From positions 1 through 49,299 of the forward strand of contig JASHPY010000122.1 in assembly GCA_030037855.1 (NCBI GenBank): a DNA stretch of 49,299 nt. The letters run 5' to 3'. Numbering within the stretch: the first letter of the stretch is position 1; every line of letters starts with the position of its first letter. The notes under the pieces are model-generated. The model saw only the letters and a list, made by a program, of their open reading frames with translations. It did not search any database and was not told the origin of the DNA. Below are positions 1 through 8,173 of this stretch, one piece after another. The DNA comes from Thermoplasmata archaeon (GTDB taxonomy: Archaea > Thermoplasmatota > Thermoplasmata > Lutacidiplasmatales > UBA184). Position numbers and translations under genes: made by a program.

Positions 1-330
1 GATCCCGACCGACATGCCGAGGAAGTACCCCTCCGGGGTCAGCGGGCCGGCGAGGTAGAGGTCGTTCGCCTTGTGGTCGATCCGAAGGTACGCGGCCTCG
101 TTGAGGACGCGCTGGCCCATCGTGAACGTCGAGAACAGGATCGCGCCGACCAGCGCGACGCCGATCAGCGCGGGGTTCAGGATCCAGACAAAGATCAGGA
201 TCACGCCCGGAACGACCATCGAGGTCAGCATCGCCATCCGCTCGTTCGACTGGACGAGCACCTCGGTCCAGAGGAACGCGGCCGTGCCCGCGAACGGCCC
301 CGATCGAGTGAGCCCCTCGCTAGTCCTCAT
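1..330 (-). CDS. ABC-2 type transporter permease, N-terminal part (gene continues past the left edge)
   Basis: The minus-strand ATG at 330..328 overlaps the upstream ATPase stop (320..322) by 11 nt. My translation is MRTSEGLTRSGPFAGTAAFLWTEVLVQSNERMAMLTSMVVPGVILIFVWILNPALIGVALVGAILFSTF..., which is hydrophobic and TM-like. The position downstream of an ABC ATPase fits an exporter pair. Confidence 0.6.
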   Translation of the reverse strand, partial: MRTSEGLTRSGPFAGTAAFLWTEVLVQSNERMAMLTSMVVPGVILIFVWILNPALIGVALVGAILFSTFTMGQRVLNEAAYLRIDHKANDLYLAGPLTPEGYFLGMSVGI

Positions 331-1246
331 TGATCGACCGCCCGACGGCCCGTAGGAACGCCTCCTCGAGGGTCACCGGCCCGACCGTCGCCGTCATCCC
401 CGAACGGGTCACGAGGTCCATCACCTCGCTCAAGGTGCTCGGCGAGACGACCACGGTCAGCGAGAGGCCGTCGGTCACGCACGTGCCGAACGAGCGGAAC
501 CGCTCGACCTGCGACGCGCCGTCCGCGATGAGTACCTTGAGGGTCCCGCCGACCGAGCGCTTCAGTTCGTCGGCGGTGCCGCTCGAGAGCACGTTGCCGT
601 GCTCGACGATGTAGAGGCGGTCGCTCAGCACCTCGGCCTCGTCGAGATAGTGGGTGGTGAGCAGGATCGTCGAGCCTCGCTGGGTCAGGGCGCGAAGGGA
701 CGCCCAGACCTCGCGCCGGGCGAAAGGGTCCATGCCGATCGTCGGCTCGTCGAGGAAGAGCAACGGCGCCTCCGTCGCGATCACGGTCGCGACCATCGTC
801 CGCTGGCGCTGACCCCCCGAGAGGGTAATCGACAGCCGGTCCGCGAACCCCGTGAGGCCCATCCGTTCGAGCGCCCCCTCGGTACGGGCCTTCGCGACCT
901 CCCGTCCGAATCCCCGCGCGCGCAGGTAGGTGTAGATCTGCTCGCGTGGCGTGAGGTGGAAGAACGGCTTTCCTTCCTGGGGGACGACCGCGATGTACGG
1001 ACGCGCTCGATCGGGAGTGTCCGCGATGTCGATGCCGAACACTTCGACCCGACCCGACGTCGGTCGCAGGAGCGTGGAGGCGATCTTGAGGAACGTCGTC
1101 TTCCCGGCGCCGTTCCGGCCGAGCAGCGCGACGCGCTCGCCGCGATGGACCTGCATCGATACGCCGCTCAGCGCCTCGACCGGGGGGGTGCCCCGGGAGA
1201 GGTACGTCTTGCGGAGATCGACGCTGCGCAACGCCTCGCCGTTCAT
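320..1246 (-). CDS. ABC transporter ATP-binding protein (ABC-2/DrrA-like exporter ATPase)
   Basis: Walker A GRNGAGKTT, signature LSGGQRQR and Walker B LLFLDEPTIGMD are present. Length is 308 aa. Confidence 0.9.
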   Translation of the reverse strand: MNGEALRSVDLRKTYLSRGTPPVEALSGVSMQVHRGERVALLGRNGAGKTTFLKIASTLLRPTSGRVEVFGIDIADTPDRARPYIAVVPQEGKPFFHLTPREQIYTYLRARGFGREVAKARTEGALERMGLTGFADRLSITLSGGQRQRTMVATVIATEAPLLFLDEPTIGMDPFARREVWASLRALTQRGSTILLTTHYLDEAEVLSDRLYIVEHGNVLSSGTADELKRSVGGTLKVLIADGASQVERFRSFGTCVTDGLSLTVVVSPSTLSEVMDLVTRSGMTATVGPVTLEEAFLRAVGRSINED

Positions 1247-1370
1247 GAGAGGCCGCGCACTCGTGGACGATACTTAACCCTCGACCTCGGGTGGAAGGCA
1301 GGAAGCGCGGCCGGCTTGCCCGGGAAGGCCCGGCGCGATGGGCGGTCGATCGACGTCGGATCCCGTCCGT

Positions 1371-1766
1371 CTAGTGGCTCCCGCAGCCGCAACCGCCGCC
1401 GTTCGCGGAGTTGCTCCCGCAGGAACCGCACCCACCGGACCGACCGGCGTCGTCGGGCTCGGGGAGCGTGGGGTTCGTGATCTTGAATCCGGACTGGTTC
1501 AGGTCCTCGACGTAATCGATGACCGCGCCGTCCACGAACTTAGTGCTCGACGGGTCGACCAGGAGCGAGAAGCCGTCGATCTTGAGCACCTCGTCGTCCG
1601 ACCGCGGCTTCGCGAACGCGAGACCGAACTGGACCGTGCTACCCCCGCCGCAGCAGCCTCCGCCGCCCGGCTGGGCGTAGACGCGCACTCCGACCTCGGG
1701 CTTCTGCCCGCGAATCAACGTCTTGACCTGCTCGGCCGCAGCGGGGCGAACCTCGAGATGGATCAT
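1371..1766 (-). CDS. HesB/IscA-family A-type Fe-S cluster carrier with an unusual Cys/Gly-rich insert and tail
   Basis: The N-terminus IHLEVRPAAAEQVKTLI, the segment FGLAF...GFSLLVDPSSTKFVDGAVIDYVEDLNQSGFKITNP and a C-terminal CGCG motif match the IscA/HesB layout. Extra Cys residues are discussed in the findings. Confidence 0.8.
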   Translation of the reverse strand: MIHLEVRPAAAEQVKTLIRGQKPEVGVRVYAQPGGGGCCGGGSTVQFGLAFAKPRSDDEVLKIDGFSLLVDPSSTKFVDGAVIDYVEDLNQSGFKITNPTLPEPDDAGRSGGCGSCGSNSANGGGCGCGSH

Positions 1767-1999
1767 CGGCGATACCTCGACCCGACGACCGTGCGCCGGG
1801 CTTTAAGCTCTGTGACGCGCCCGCAGCGACAAGGTCTGCCGAACATGGCCGCCGCTCGGGGGTCCATGGGAGTAGCGGCGCGAGTGACAAATGCCACGGT
1901 TGCCGCGCCTCCGCCTCCGGGATCACCGGGCGGCGGGTTCCGCGGCGACCGGCCCGAGCTGGGTCGGGTGGCCTCGCGGCGACGCGTCCGTCGGCTCCC

Positions 2000-3811
2000 T
2001 CACTCCTTCGGGCGCTCGGGCTCCTGCGTGCGGGGCGCACCGCCGTCGGTGGAGAAGGGGACGACCTCGGGCAGCTCCCGAGTGCCGGTGAACGTCTCCG
2101 GGAGCTCGGTCGTCTGGAATCCTTGAGCGCGTCGGAGATCGACCGGAGCCAGGTCCGGGCTCGACGCCCTCCAGCAGAGACGGCTCAGCGGCCCATAGAC
2201 CCACTCGGGCAGCGCCAGCGAGGACCCGATCAATCGGACGTCCGAGCGGGTCAGCTCTCCGACGAGGGCCAGTACGACGAAGTAGATCGTGAACCCGACC
2301 AGGACGGCAGCGAGCAGTTCGTAGCTCGTGCTGACCGGGAAGAAGTGCGTGTGGTTGAGGAGCCAGAGCCCGGCGAACGAGAACGCGGCACTGCCCGTGA
2401 TCGCGAGGATCGGGCCGGGGCGGATGTGGACCTGGATCAACCGCTCCATGAAGTAGGCATTGAGGGCGAGCGCGGCGATCGAGGAGAGGAGGACGGCAAC
2501 CGCCGCGGCGACCAGCCCCGGGTCCAGACGGGCCGGCACCACCTGCCAGAAGACCGGGAGGATGCCGTGCTGAGGGAACAGAATCGCCTGCGCGGCGAAC
2601 AGCACCGCGATCTGCGTCACGGAGATGTAGAGCTCGAGCCGCTGCCGGCCGATCGCGTTGATGCTCGATTGCACGATCTGGCTCAGCGCCAGGGGGAGCG
2701 CGCTCACGACCAGGATCGCGAGGGTCAAGGAGCCCTGCGCCGCGTAGATGCTGTTCGTGAACACGTTCAGGAAATTGGTCCGGTAGATCACGAGCGCCAC
2801 GACTCCCGGGACGAGGAGCATCGCGGAATAGCGCAGCGCCTGCCAGGTCCCGCGTCGCACCGCCTCGTACTCGTTCGAACGGTGGAGACCCGCCAGGTAC
2901 GGGAACAGGGGGGTGGTGACCGCCGCGGGTAACGACAGCACCAGGATCCTCCAGCCGTTCGCGACCAGGTAGACGGAGAGCTGCACCTTTCCGAGAGTGT
3001 CCACGAGGAACGGGTTCAGGTTCGTGACCACGTAGTTGACGAACAGCGCGCCGAGCAGCGGCCAGGAGTAGCTGAACAGGGCGGTCGTCTCCTTCCAGCT
3101 GAACCGGCCCAGCTGGGGCACGATCTCGGGAAGACTGAACAGGGTCGACGCGATCGCCCCGAGCACGTAGGCGATCGCGAGCCCTTCGACCGTGTGCACG
3201 TAGAAGGCGGCGTACACGAGGGCGCCGAGCCGGACCAGGCCCTCGACCAACGTCGGGTACTGGGCTTTGAGCGAGTTGCCAAGCCCGATGAACATGCTGT
3301 TGTACAGCCCGGAGAACGACCAGAAGATCGGGAGCGTCAGGAACAGCCCGAGGTCGATCCACTCGGTCGTTCCGTGGACGAGCGCCGAGCCGTCGATCGC
3401 GAGGGGTGCGACGAGGAACATCGCGATCACGACCGCGGCGTCCATCACGATCCCGATCAGCAGGTAGCTCGTGGTGTTCTCCCGCGGGGCTTTGCCCCGG
3501 GCGAGGTAGAAGGTGTACGCCGACCCCAGACGGAGGTCCGCGAGGCCGTTGATCGACGAGGCGATCAGGAGGAACAGCTGGGCGGTCCCAATCAGTGCGA
3601 TGCCACCGGGCAATAGCCCGATGTTCCGCGCGAGAAAGTAGGTGGCGATCACGCCGAGCAGCTGGGTGATCACGCTGACCGCGAACACCGCCCCGGAGCT
3701 GAGCGTGAGCGAGTGCGCGAGCTGAGGAACGGCCGGTTTCGCGGGCGGCGACGACGGGGGGGACGGCGTGGCAGCCACGGAAACCGGGGGGACCATGATG
3801 GGCCCCTCCAC
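2000..3811 (-). CDS. Polytopic membrane protein, oligosaccharide/polysaccharide flippase-like (MOP/Wzx superfamily)
   Basis: The 603-aa ORF has more than 10 hydrophobic segments, a Pro/Ser-rich N-terminus and a hydrophilic C-terminal tail. The pattern is typical of polysaccharide biosynthesis (PST) proteins. The start could be M1 (3811) or M6 (3796). Confidence 0.65.
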   Translation of the reverse strand: MEGPIMVPPVSVAATPSPPSSPPAKPAVPQLAHSLTLSSGAVFAVSVITQLLGVIATYFLARNIGLLPGGIALIGTAQLFLLIASSINGLADLRLGSAYTFYLARGKAPRENTTSYLLIGIVMDAAVVIAMFLVAPLAIDGSALVHGTTEWIDLGLFLTLPIFWSFSGLYNSMFIGLGNSLKAQYPTLVEGLVRLGALVYAAFYVHTVEGLAIAYVLGAIASTLFSLPEIVPQLGRFSWKETTALFSYSWPLLGALFVNYVVTNLNPFLVDTLGKVQLSVYLVANGWRILVLSLPAAVTTPLFPYLAGLHRSNEYEAVRRGTWQALRYSAMLLVPGVVALVIYRTNFLNVFTNSIYAAQGSLTLAILVVSALPLALSQIVQSSINAIGRQRLELYISVTQIAVLFAAQAILFPQHGILPVFWQVVPARLDPGLVAAAVAVLLSSIAALALNAYFMERLIQVHIRPGPILAITGSAAFSFAGLWLLNHTHFFPVSTSYELLAAVLVGFTIYFVVLALVGELTRSDVRLIGSSLALPEWVYGPLSRLCWRASSPDLAPVDLRRAQGFQTTELPETFTGTRELPEVVPFSTDGGAPRTQEPERPKE

Positions 3812-3843
3812 TTATGGCCGTCGATGGAGGGAATTTCGAGGGC

Positions 3844-4245
3844 TCAGCCTCCCCCGCGCGAAGCGGGGGGAACGTCGTCGGTCGTTCGCTCGTACAGCTC
3901 GATCCAGACCCCGTCGGGGTCGGAGAGGAAGGCGAGGCGCTCGGTGCCTTCCGAGAACGGCGGGATCCGGACCCGCGCCCCCAGCTCGGTCAGGCGGCGG
4001 ACGCTCGCCGCGAGATCGTCGACGCGGAAGCCGAGATGGTCCAGCTCGTCTCCTTCGCGGTAGGGCGGGTCCCCGGGGTAGTAGTTCAGCTCGAGCACGG
4101 CTCTCGACTCTGGATCCTCGAGCTCCTGCCAGAGTCCACCGGCGGCCATGCGCCCGCGCGCCTTCGGGCGAAGTCCGAGCCCCTCGGTGTAGAACCGGAT
4201 CGCGCGTTCCAGGTCGCGGACCCGGATCCCCGTGTACTCGAGCAC
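3844..4245 (-). CDS. VOC-family (glyoxalase I/bleomycin-resistance fold) protein
   Basis: The sequence LEYTGIRVRDLERAIRFYTEGLGL...LDHLGFRVDD...DPDGVWIELYE is a typical VOC beta-alpha-beta-beta-beta module. I place the start at the in-frame GTG (V31 of the track ORF), which is preceded by GGAAAGGTG. The ORF maximum is 4335. Confidence 0.8.
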   Translation of the reverse strand: MLEYTGIRVRDLERAIRFYTEGLGLRPKARGRMAAGGLWQELEDPESRAVLELNYYPGDPPYREGDELDHLGFRVDDLAASVRRLTELGARVRIPPFSEGTERLAFLSDPDGVWIELYERTTDDVPPASRGGG

Positions 4246-4380
4246 GCTCGCACCTTTCCGTCCGTGTATTTGAGCCGGCACCTGCCTCGGCGGTTGCGTC
4301 CGCGAGCGCGGGCCCCGATGGGACTTTGTGAACACTGAGGTTCATAACGCCGCCTCGGCTCGCTGCCGCGGTCCGAAGAG

Positions 4381-5616
4381 GTGAGCCGGACGACCAGATC
4401 GGGGGAGAGCCGGTTTCGTTCGGTCCTCGCCAATCGCCAGTACCTCGTCTTCCTCGCGTCGGCCAACGCCGCATCCGTCGGGTACGGAGTCTACGCGATC
4501 TCGATCGTCTGGCTGACGTATTCCCTGACCCACGACTTCCTCGACGTCGGCGTCGTCCTCGCGATCGAGTACGCCTGTTACACGCTCACGTTCCTCACCG
4601 GTCCGATCGTGGACCGAGTGCGCAATCAGCGTTCGATCTTCGTCTTGTCTTACCCCGTCCAGGCCGCGGCGGCGGCCGCGATCGGGCTCGGGGTGTTCTA
4701 CCGGTTCCTCTCGATCGGGGAACTGTTCGCGCTCGTCGCCGTGATCTCGATCCTCTGGGACATGACGTGGGCCGCCGCGAACGCGGCCCCGGGCGTGCTG
4801 CTCACGCCGGACGAACAGTTCGCTGCCGCCGGCATCTCGAGCGCGATCGGGGGCAGCGTGAACATCGCCGGCTACGCGGTCGGCGGGGTGCTGATCCTCC
4901 TGGTCGGCGCCGAGGGAGGGATGCTCCTGTACGCGGCGCTGCTCGTCGCCGGCGCGCTCCTCGCGCTCCCGCTGGTCATCTCGCCGCCGCGGGTCGCCCC
5001 GCAGACGTTTACCGAGAGCTTCCGGGAGGGATGGGAGCTCGTTGTCGGCGGGGAGGGTCGGCCGTACCTCCAGCTCGCCACGGTCGACTCGATCCAGGGG
5101 TTCCTCGCGGGGGCGGCCGCGCTGTTGATCACGTTACTGGCGGCGACCACGTATCACGCGTCGGCGACGAGCTACAGCGTCCTGTTCGTCGCCTACATCA
5201 TCGGCGGAGTGGTGATCGGCCTCGCGCTCGGTCGGTGGAACCCGAGAGGCTCGGTCGGGGTCGTCATGGGGACCGCGCTCCTCGCCGGCGGCGCGCTGCT
5301 CCTGACCTCGGTCGCGCTCCCCGCGTCGCTCGTACTCGGCGCGGCGGCGTGGCTATTGGTGGGCGTCTCCTGGTCGGCGTACATGGACGCCAAGTACGCG
5401 TTCTACCGCGGTTCGATCCCCGCGCAGCAGCTCGGGCGTTTCGTCTCGAACATGTACCTCTTTCCGGGGGCGGCGGCCGCGGTCGGTGCGGTCGTGCTGA
5501 GCTGGGTCGCAGGTCTCGACGATCCGTGGTTGCTGGGAGGCCTCGCCGGGTCGCTCTTGCTCGCGGCCGGCGTCCTCGGGGTAGCGCTGCCGCGGGTGCG
5601 TGCGTTCCGGTATTGA
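4381..5616 (+). CDS. MFS transporter
   Basis: The 411-aa protein has about 12 hydrophobic helices. The N-terminus FRSVLANRQYLVFLASANAASVGYG is typical of the MFS (EntS/MFS_3-like) family. Confidence 0.8.
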   Translation: MSRTTRSGESRFRSVLANRQYLVFLASANAASVGYGVYAISIVWLTYSLTHDFLDVGVVLAIEYACYTLTFLTGPIVDRVRNQRSIFVLSYPVQAAAAAAIGLGVFYRFLSIGELFALVAVISILWDMTWAAANAAPGVLLTPDEQFAAAGISSAIGGSVNIAGYAVGGVLILLVGAEGGMLLYAALLVAGALLALPLVISPPRVAPQTFTESFREGWELVVGGEGRPYLQLATVDSIQGFLAGAAALLITLLAATTYHASATSYSVLFVAYIIGGVVIGLALGRWNPRGSVGVVMGTALLAGGALLLTSVALPASLVLGAAAWLLVGVSWSAYMDAKYAFYRGSIPAQQLGRFVSNMYLFPGAAAAVGAVVLSWVAGLDDPWLLGGLAGSLLLAAGVLGVALPRVRAFRY

Positions 5617-5645
5617 CCGCGCGACCGGGGCGGAGGCGGAGGGGA

Positions 5646-5808
5646 TGGGAGCAGGGGGATTTGAACCCCCATATGCGGGTCTCTCCGCGCGCTCCAGTCA
5701 CTCGTCACGGGGACGCATTCCGCGTCCCTCCGCAGACCCTAATCCCAGGACCCGGTCGCCCGCGTCCTGACTGGAGCCCGCTGGTCTGCCAAGTTAGCCT
5801 ATGCTCCC
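5646..5808 (-). tRNA. tRNA-Trp (anticodon CCA) with a 90-nt intron at the canonical 37/38 position
   Basis: Folded by hand. The acceptor stem is GGGAGCA/UGCUCCC with discriminator A. The D-loop is AACUUGGCA. The anticodon stem is GCGGG/CCCGC and the loop is C-U-CCA-G...A. The variable loop is AUAU. The T-arm is GGGGG-UUCAAAU-CCCCC. Spliced length is 73 nt, and CCA is not encoded. Confidence 0.8.
5681..5770 (-). other. tRNA-Trp intron (predicted)
   Basis: The central BHB helix is CUCC (tRNA positions 32-35) paired with intron GGAG (5686..5683). It is flanked by the 3-nt bulges AGU and AGA. These place the cuts after position 37 and before position 38. Confidence 0.65.
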
Positions 5809-6068
5809 TCCGCCCCGCCCGGGAGGGCCGGAACGCATAGCGTTTTTCGTCCCCCACGGAGCGGCTCGGGGCGCCCAAATCCTGAAGGGGCGGGCCCCTC
5901 TACGAGACGGCCCGTGACCTCCACTCCTCAGCAATCGCCCCGGCGCCGGTTCTCGCTCCGCTCGCGACGACGTACCGACGCGCGCGGAGAGCCGGTGCGG
6001 TTCCCCGACCCAGCCGTCGGCCGAGTCGAGGGTGACGGCCCGCCGGTGCGCGGGCGGACGCGTCGGAC

Positions 6069-7079
6069 GTGAACGCAGTCGCGGTCGACGTCCGGCTGCT
6101 CATCTTCGGACTCGTCGCCGGCGCGTTGCTGGCGGCCTTCGGGCTCGACCGGCTGCTCGGCGACCCCACGGAACGGTCGTGGGCCGAGCAATGGTACCCC
6201 CCGGTCCTCGTCGGCCGGGCGGCCATCGGGCTCGAACGGGGTGTCCCTCGAGGGAATCCGGCGCGAGAGACGGGATGGGGTACGCTCGACTGGTTCGTCC
6301 TCGTCGCCGGAGTCACGGCGCTCGCGTTCGGACTGACGGTCGTCGAACGATGGACGCTACCGGCGACCGTGGCCGCGTCGCCACTCCCGTGGGCCCTTGT
6401 CGGACTTGCGGCGTTCGGCTTCGGAGTGGTATGGCTCAAGTCAACATTCGCGGTCCGCACGCTCGAGCGCTTCTGCCTCCGTCCGCTCGGGCGGCCGCTC
6501 GACGCCATGCGCATCGAGGTGGGCCAGGTCGTGAACCGCTTGACCTCGGATCTGCCCCGAGAACTCCTGTGCTCGGCCCTCGTGGAGAGTGCGGTCGAGA
6601 ACACCACGGACAGCGTGGTCGCGCCACTCCTCGCGTACTCGCTCCTCGGTCTGCCGGGAGCGGTCGCGTATCGCACGATCAACACCCTGGACGCCCTCTG
6701 GGGCCATCCCGAGCCCCGGTGGCGGTTCTTCGGTCGTACGGCTGCCCTGGTCGACTCCGCCGTGAACTATCTCCCGGACCACCTCGCGAGCGGAATGCTC
6801 CGCGCGGTGGCGGGTCGGCCGTTCGCTCCGCCGCGCATCGAGCGAGTGGCCCCCGACGCGAAAGTTCCGGCCACGATCCGGACCGCGGCCGGCTTGCTCG
6901 GGGTCCGACTGGAGCGCCGCGGTTCCTACGTGGTGGGGCCAGAGAACCGTCCCCCGACGGAGGAGGACGTTCGCCGAGTCGTGCGTTGGGTGCGACAGGC
7001 AAGCGGGTTGATGCTGCTGCTCAGCTTGGGTCTGATCGCGGGGCTCGTCGATGTGGGTTGGACGTACTTCCTCCGGTGA
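6069..7079 (+). CDS. cbiB: Adenosylcobinamide-phosphate synthase CbiB/CobD
   Basis: This is a membrane protein. The motifs LLGDP...YPPV and ENTTDSVVAPLLAYSLLGLPGAVAYRTINTLDALWGH are typical of the CobD/CbiB family. Confidence 0.9.
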   Translation: MNAVAVDVRLLIFGLVAGALLAAFGLDRLLGDPTERSWAEQWYPPVLVGRAAIGLERGVPRGNPARETGWGTLDWFVLVAGVTALAFGLTVVERWTLPATVAASPLPWALVGLAAFGFGVVWLKSTFAVRTLERFCLRPLGRPLDAMRIEVGQVVNRLTSDLPRELLCSALVESAVENTTDSVVAPLLAYSLLGLPGAVAYRTINTLDALWGHPEPRWRFFGRTAALVDSAVNYLPDHLASGMLRAVAGRPFAPPRIERVAPDAKVPATIRTAAGLLGVRLERRGSYVVGPENRPPTEEDVRRVVRWVRQASGLMLLLSLGLIAGLVDVGWTYFLR

Positions 7080-7143
7080 CCCTCGGAGCGAGCGTCGCTC
7101 ACGCCCTCCCTCGCCAGTGCTCCCGACCCGCCGGATTCCCGAG

Positions 7144-8172
7144 GTGCCGCACGGCGGACTTCCACCGGGCGCGGGCGCGGCGGGCGCCCATGCCATCGTG
7201 GACCTCTCGCTCTCGGTGAACCCGTACGGACCGCCCCCGTTCTTGGCGGCGGCCCTACGTCGCGCTCGACGAGAAGCGGGGTGCTACCCGGACCGGCACC
7301 AGGTGGAGCTGACGCGTCGGCTCGCGGAGCGGCTGCGAGTACGCCCGGCGGAGGTGCTGGTGGCCGGGAGCGCCTCGGAGCTCCTGCGGGCCGCGATCAT
7401 CGCGTTCGGCGCCGGCCGCCGGGTGGTGCTACCCGCCTACACCTACGAGGAGTATCGACGCGTCGCCCGCGCGGCCGGCGCGCGCGTCACGAGCGTCCCG
7501 ATGCCGGGACTTCGACTCGACCTCGATCGCTTCGCGGGCGCGGTCCCGTCCCGCGGACTCGCGGTGCTCGCCAACCCCGGAACTCCGGACGGGCGATATC
7601 TTACCGTGGCGGAGATCGCGCACATTACGGCGGCCGTAGAGCGCCGGAACACGCTCCTCGTGGTCGATGAGAGCTACCTGCCGTTCGTGCGGGGCGCCAC
7701 CTCCGTGGGACGGGCCAGTGACGCGGTCCTTTCGGTCTTCTCCTGGTCGAAGACGCTGGGCGCGCCGGGCCTACCGCTCGGTCACGCGGTCGGCGCCGGC
7801 CCGGTCCTTGCGGCCCTGCGGGCGCAGCTGCTCCCGTGGACGGTCGACGCGGCCGCGCGTCAGATCGGACTCGCGGCACTGACCGCCGATGCCTGGGTCG
7901 AAGGGACGCTCGCGCGCGTGCGATCGACCGCGGACGTGGCACGGGCTCGGTTGCGCTCGACGTCCGAGACCCACTACTTCGCCGTCGATGTCGGGAACGC
8001 GACGGACGCGGCCGCGGCGTTCGCCCGACGGGGCTACTGGGTCCGCGAACTGACGTCGATGGGGCTCCCCCGACACATTCGTTTCGCGGTACGGCGGCGG
8101 GCAGAGACCGGTCGATTCCTCGACGAGCTCGAGGCGTGGTCGCGCCGACGGGGCACCGACCGCTCCGGCTAA
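7144..8172 (+). CDS. cobD: L-threonine-O-3-phosphate decarboxylase (class I/II aminotransferase fold)
   Basis: The N-terminus PHGG...IVDLSLSVNPYGPP resembles the Salmonella CobD start (HGG...DFSANINPLG). It sits directly after cbiB. The start is GTG 7144; the upstream in-frame ATG 7051 would overlap cbiB. Confidence 0.75.
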   Translation: MPHGGLPPGAGAAGAHAIVDLSLSVNPYGPPPFLAAALRRARREAGCYPDRHQVELTRRLAERLRVRPAEVLVAGSASELLRAAIIAFGAGRRVVLPAYTYEEYRRVARAAGARVTSVPMPGLRLDLDRFAGAVPSRGLAVLANPGTPDGRYLTVAEIAHITAAVERRNTLLVVDESYLPFVRGATSVGRASDAVLSVFSWSKTLGAPGLPLGHAVGAGPVLAALRAQLLPWTVDAAARQIGLAALTADAWVEGTLARVRSTADVARARLRSTSETHYFAVDVGNATDAAAAFARRGYWVRELTSMGLPRHIRFAVRRRAETGRFLDELEAWSRRRGTDRSG

Positions 8173-8173
8173 C

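Noticed and set aside
1923-3362. Long Arg/Pro/Gly-rich ORFs in the track, for example 1923..3362(-), 5900..6685(-), 14505..16115(-), 19940..21070(+), 21298..23592(-), 24749..26164(-), 25144..26871(+), 31314..32834(-), 34107..35534(+), 36112..37920(+), 39425..41281(+), 45699..47885(-) and 46292..47779(+).
   Set aside because: They lie antisense to, or out of frame with, genes that have clear family motifs. Their composition (runs of R, P, G and A) is what off-frame translation of GC-rich coding DNA produces. Stop codons are rare in such DNA, so length alone is not evidence.
5646-5808. An initial reading of this locus as a class II tRNA (Leu-CAG) or as tRNA-Sec, because of a UCA/CAG next to a 10-bp helix and an apparently long variable arm.
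   Set aside because: That fold required a non-U at position 33 or a G32-C38 closed loop, an over-long variable arm of 20-21 nt, and no BHB. Pairing GCGGG (5' of CUCCA) with CCCGC just before the T-arm instead gives a standard 73-nt tRNA-Trp with U33, a CCA anticodon and a canonical BHB central helix.
5830-6068. Cobalamin riboswitch upstream of cbiB (GGUGCGGUUCCCC and GAGUCGAGGGUGACGGCCCGCC vaguely resemble the GGUG..UCC core and the B12 box).
   Set aside because: The B12 box consensus (AGYCMGGAGACCKGCC) is interrupted by several insertions and mismatches, and I could not build the conserved multi-helix junction. Cobalamin riboswitches are at best rare in archaea. A cmsearch with RF00174 and RF01482 would settle it.
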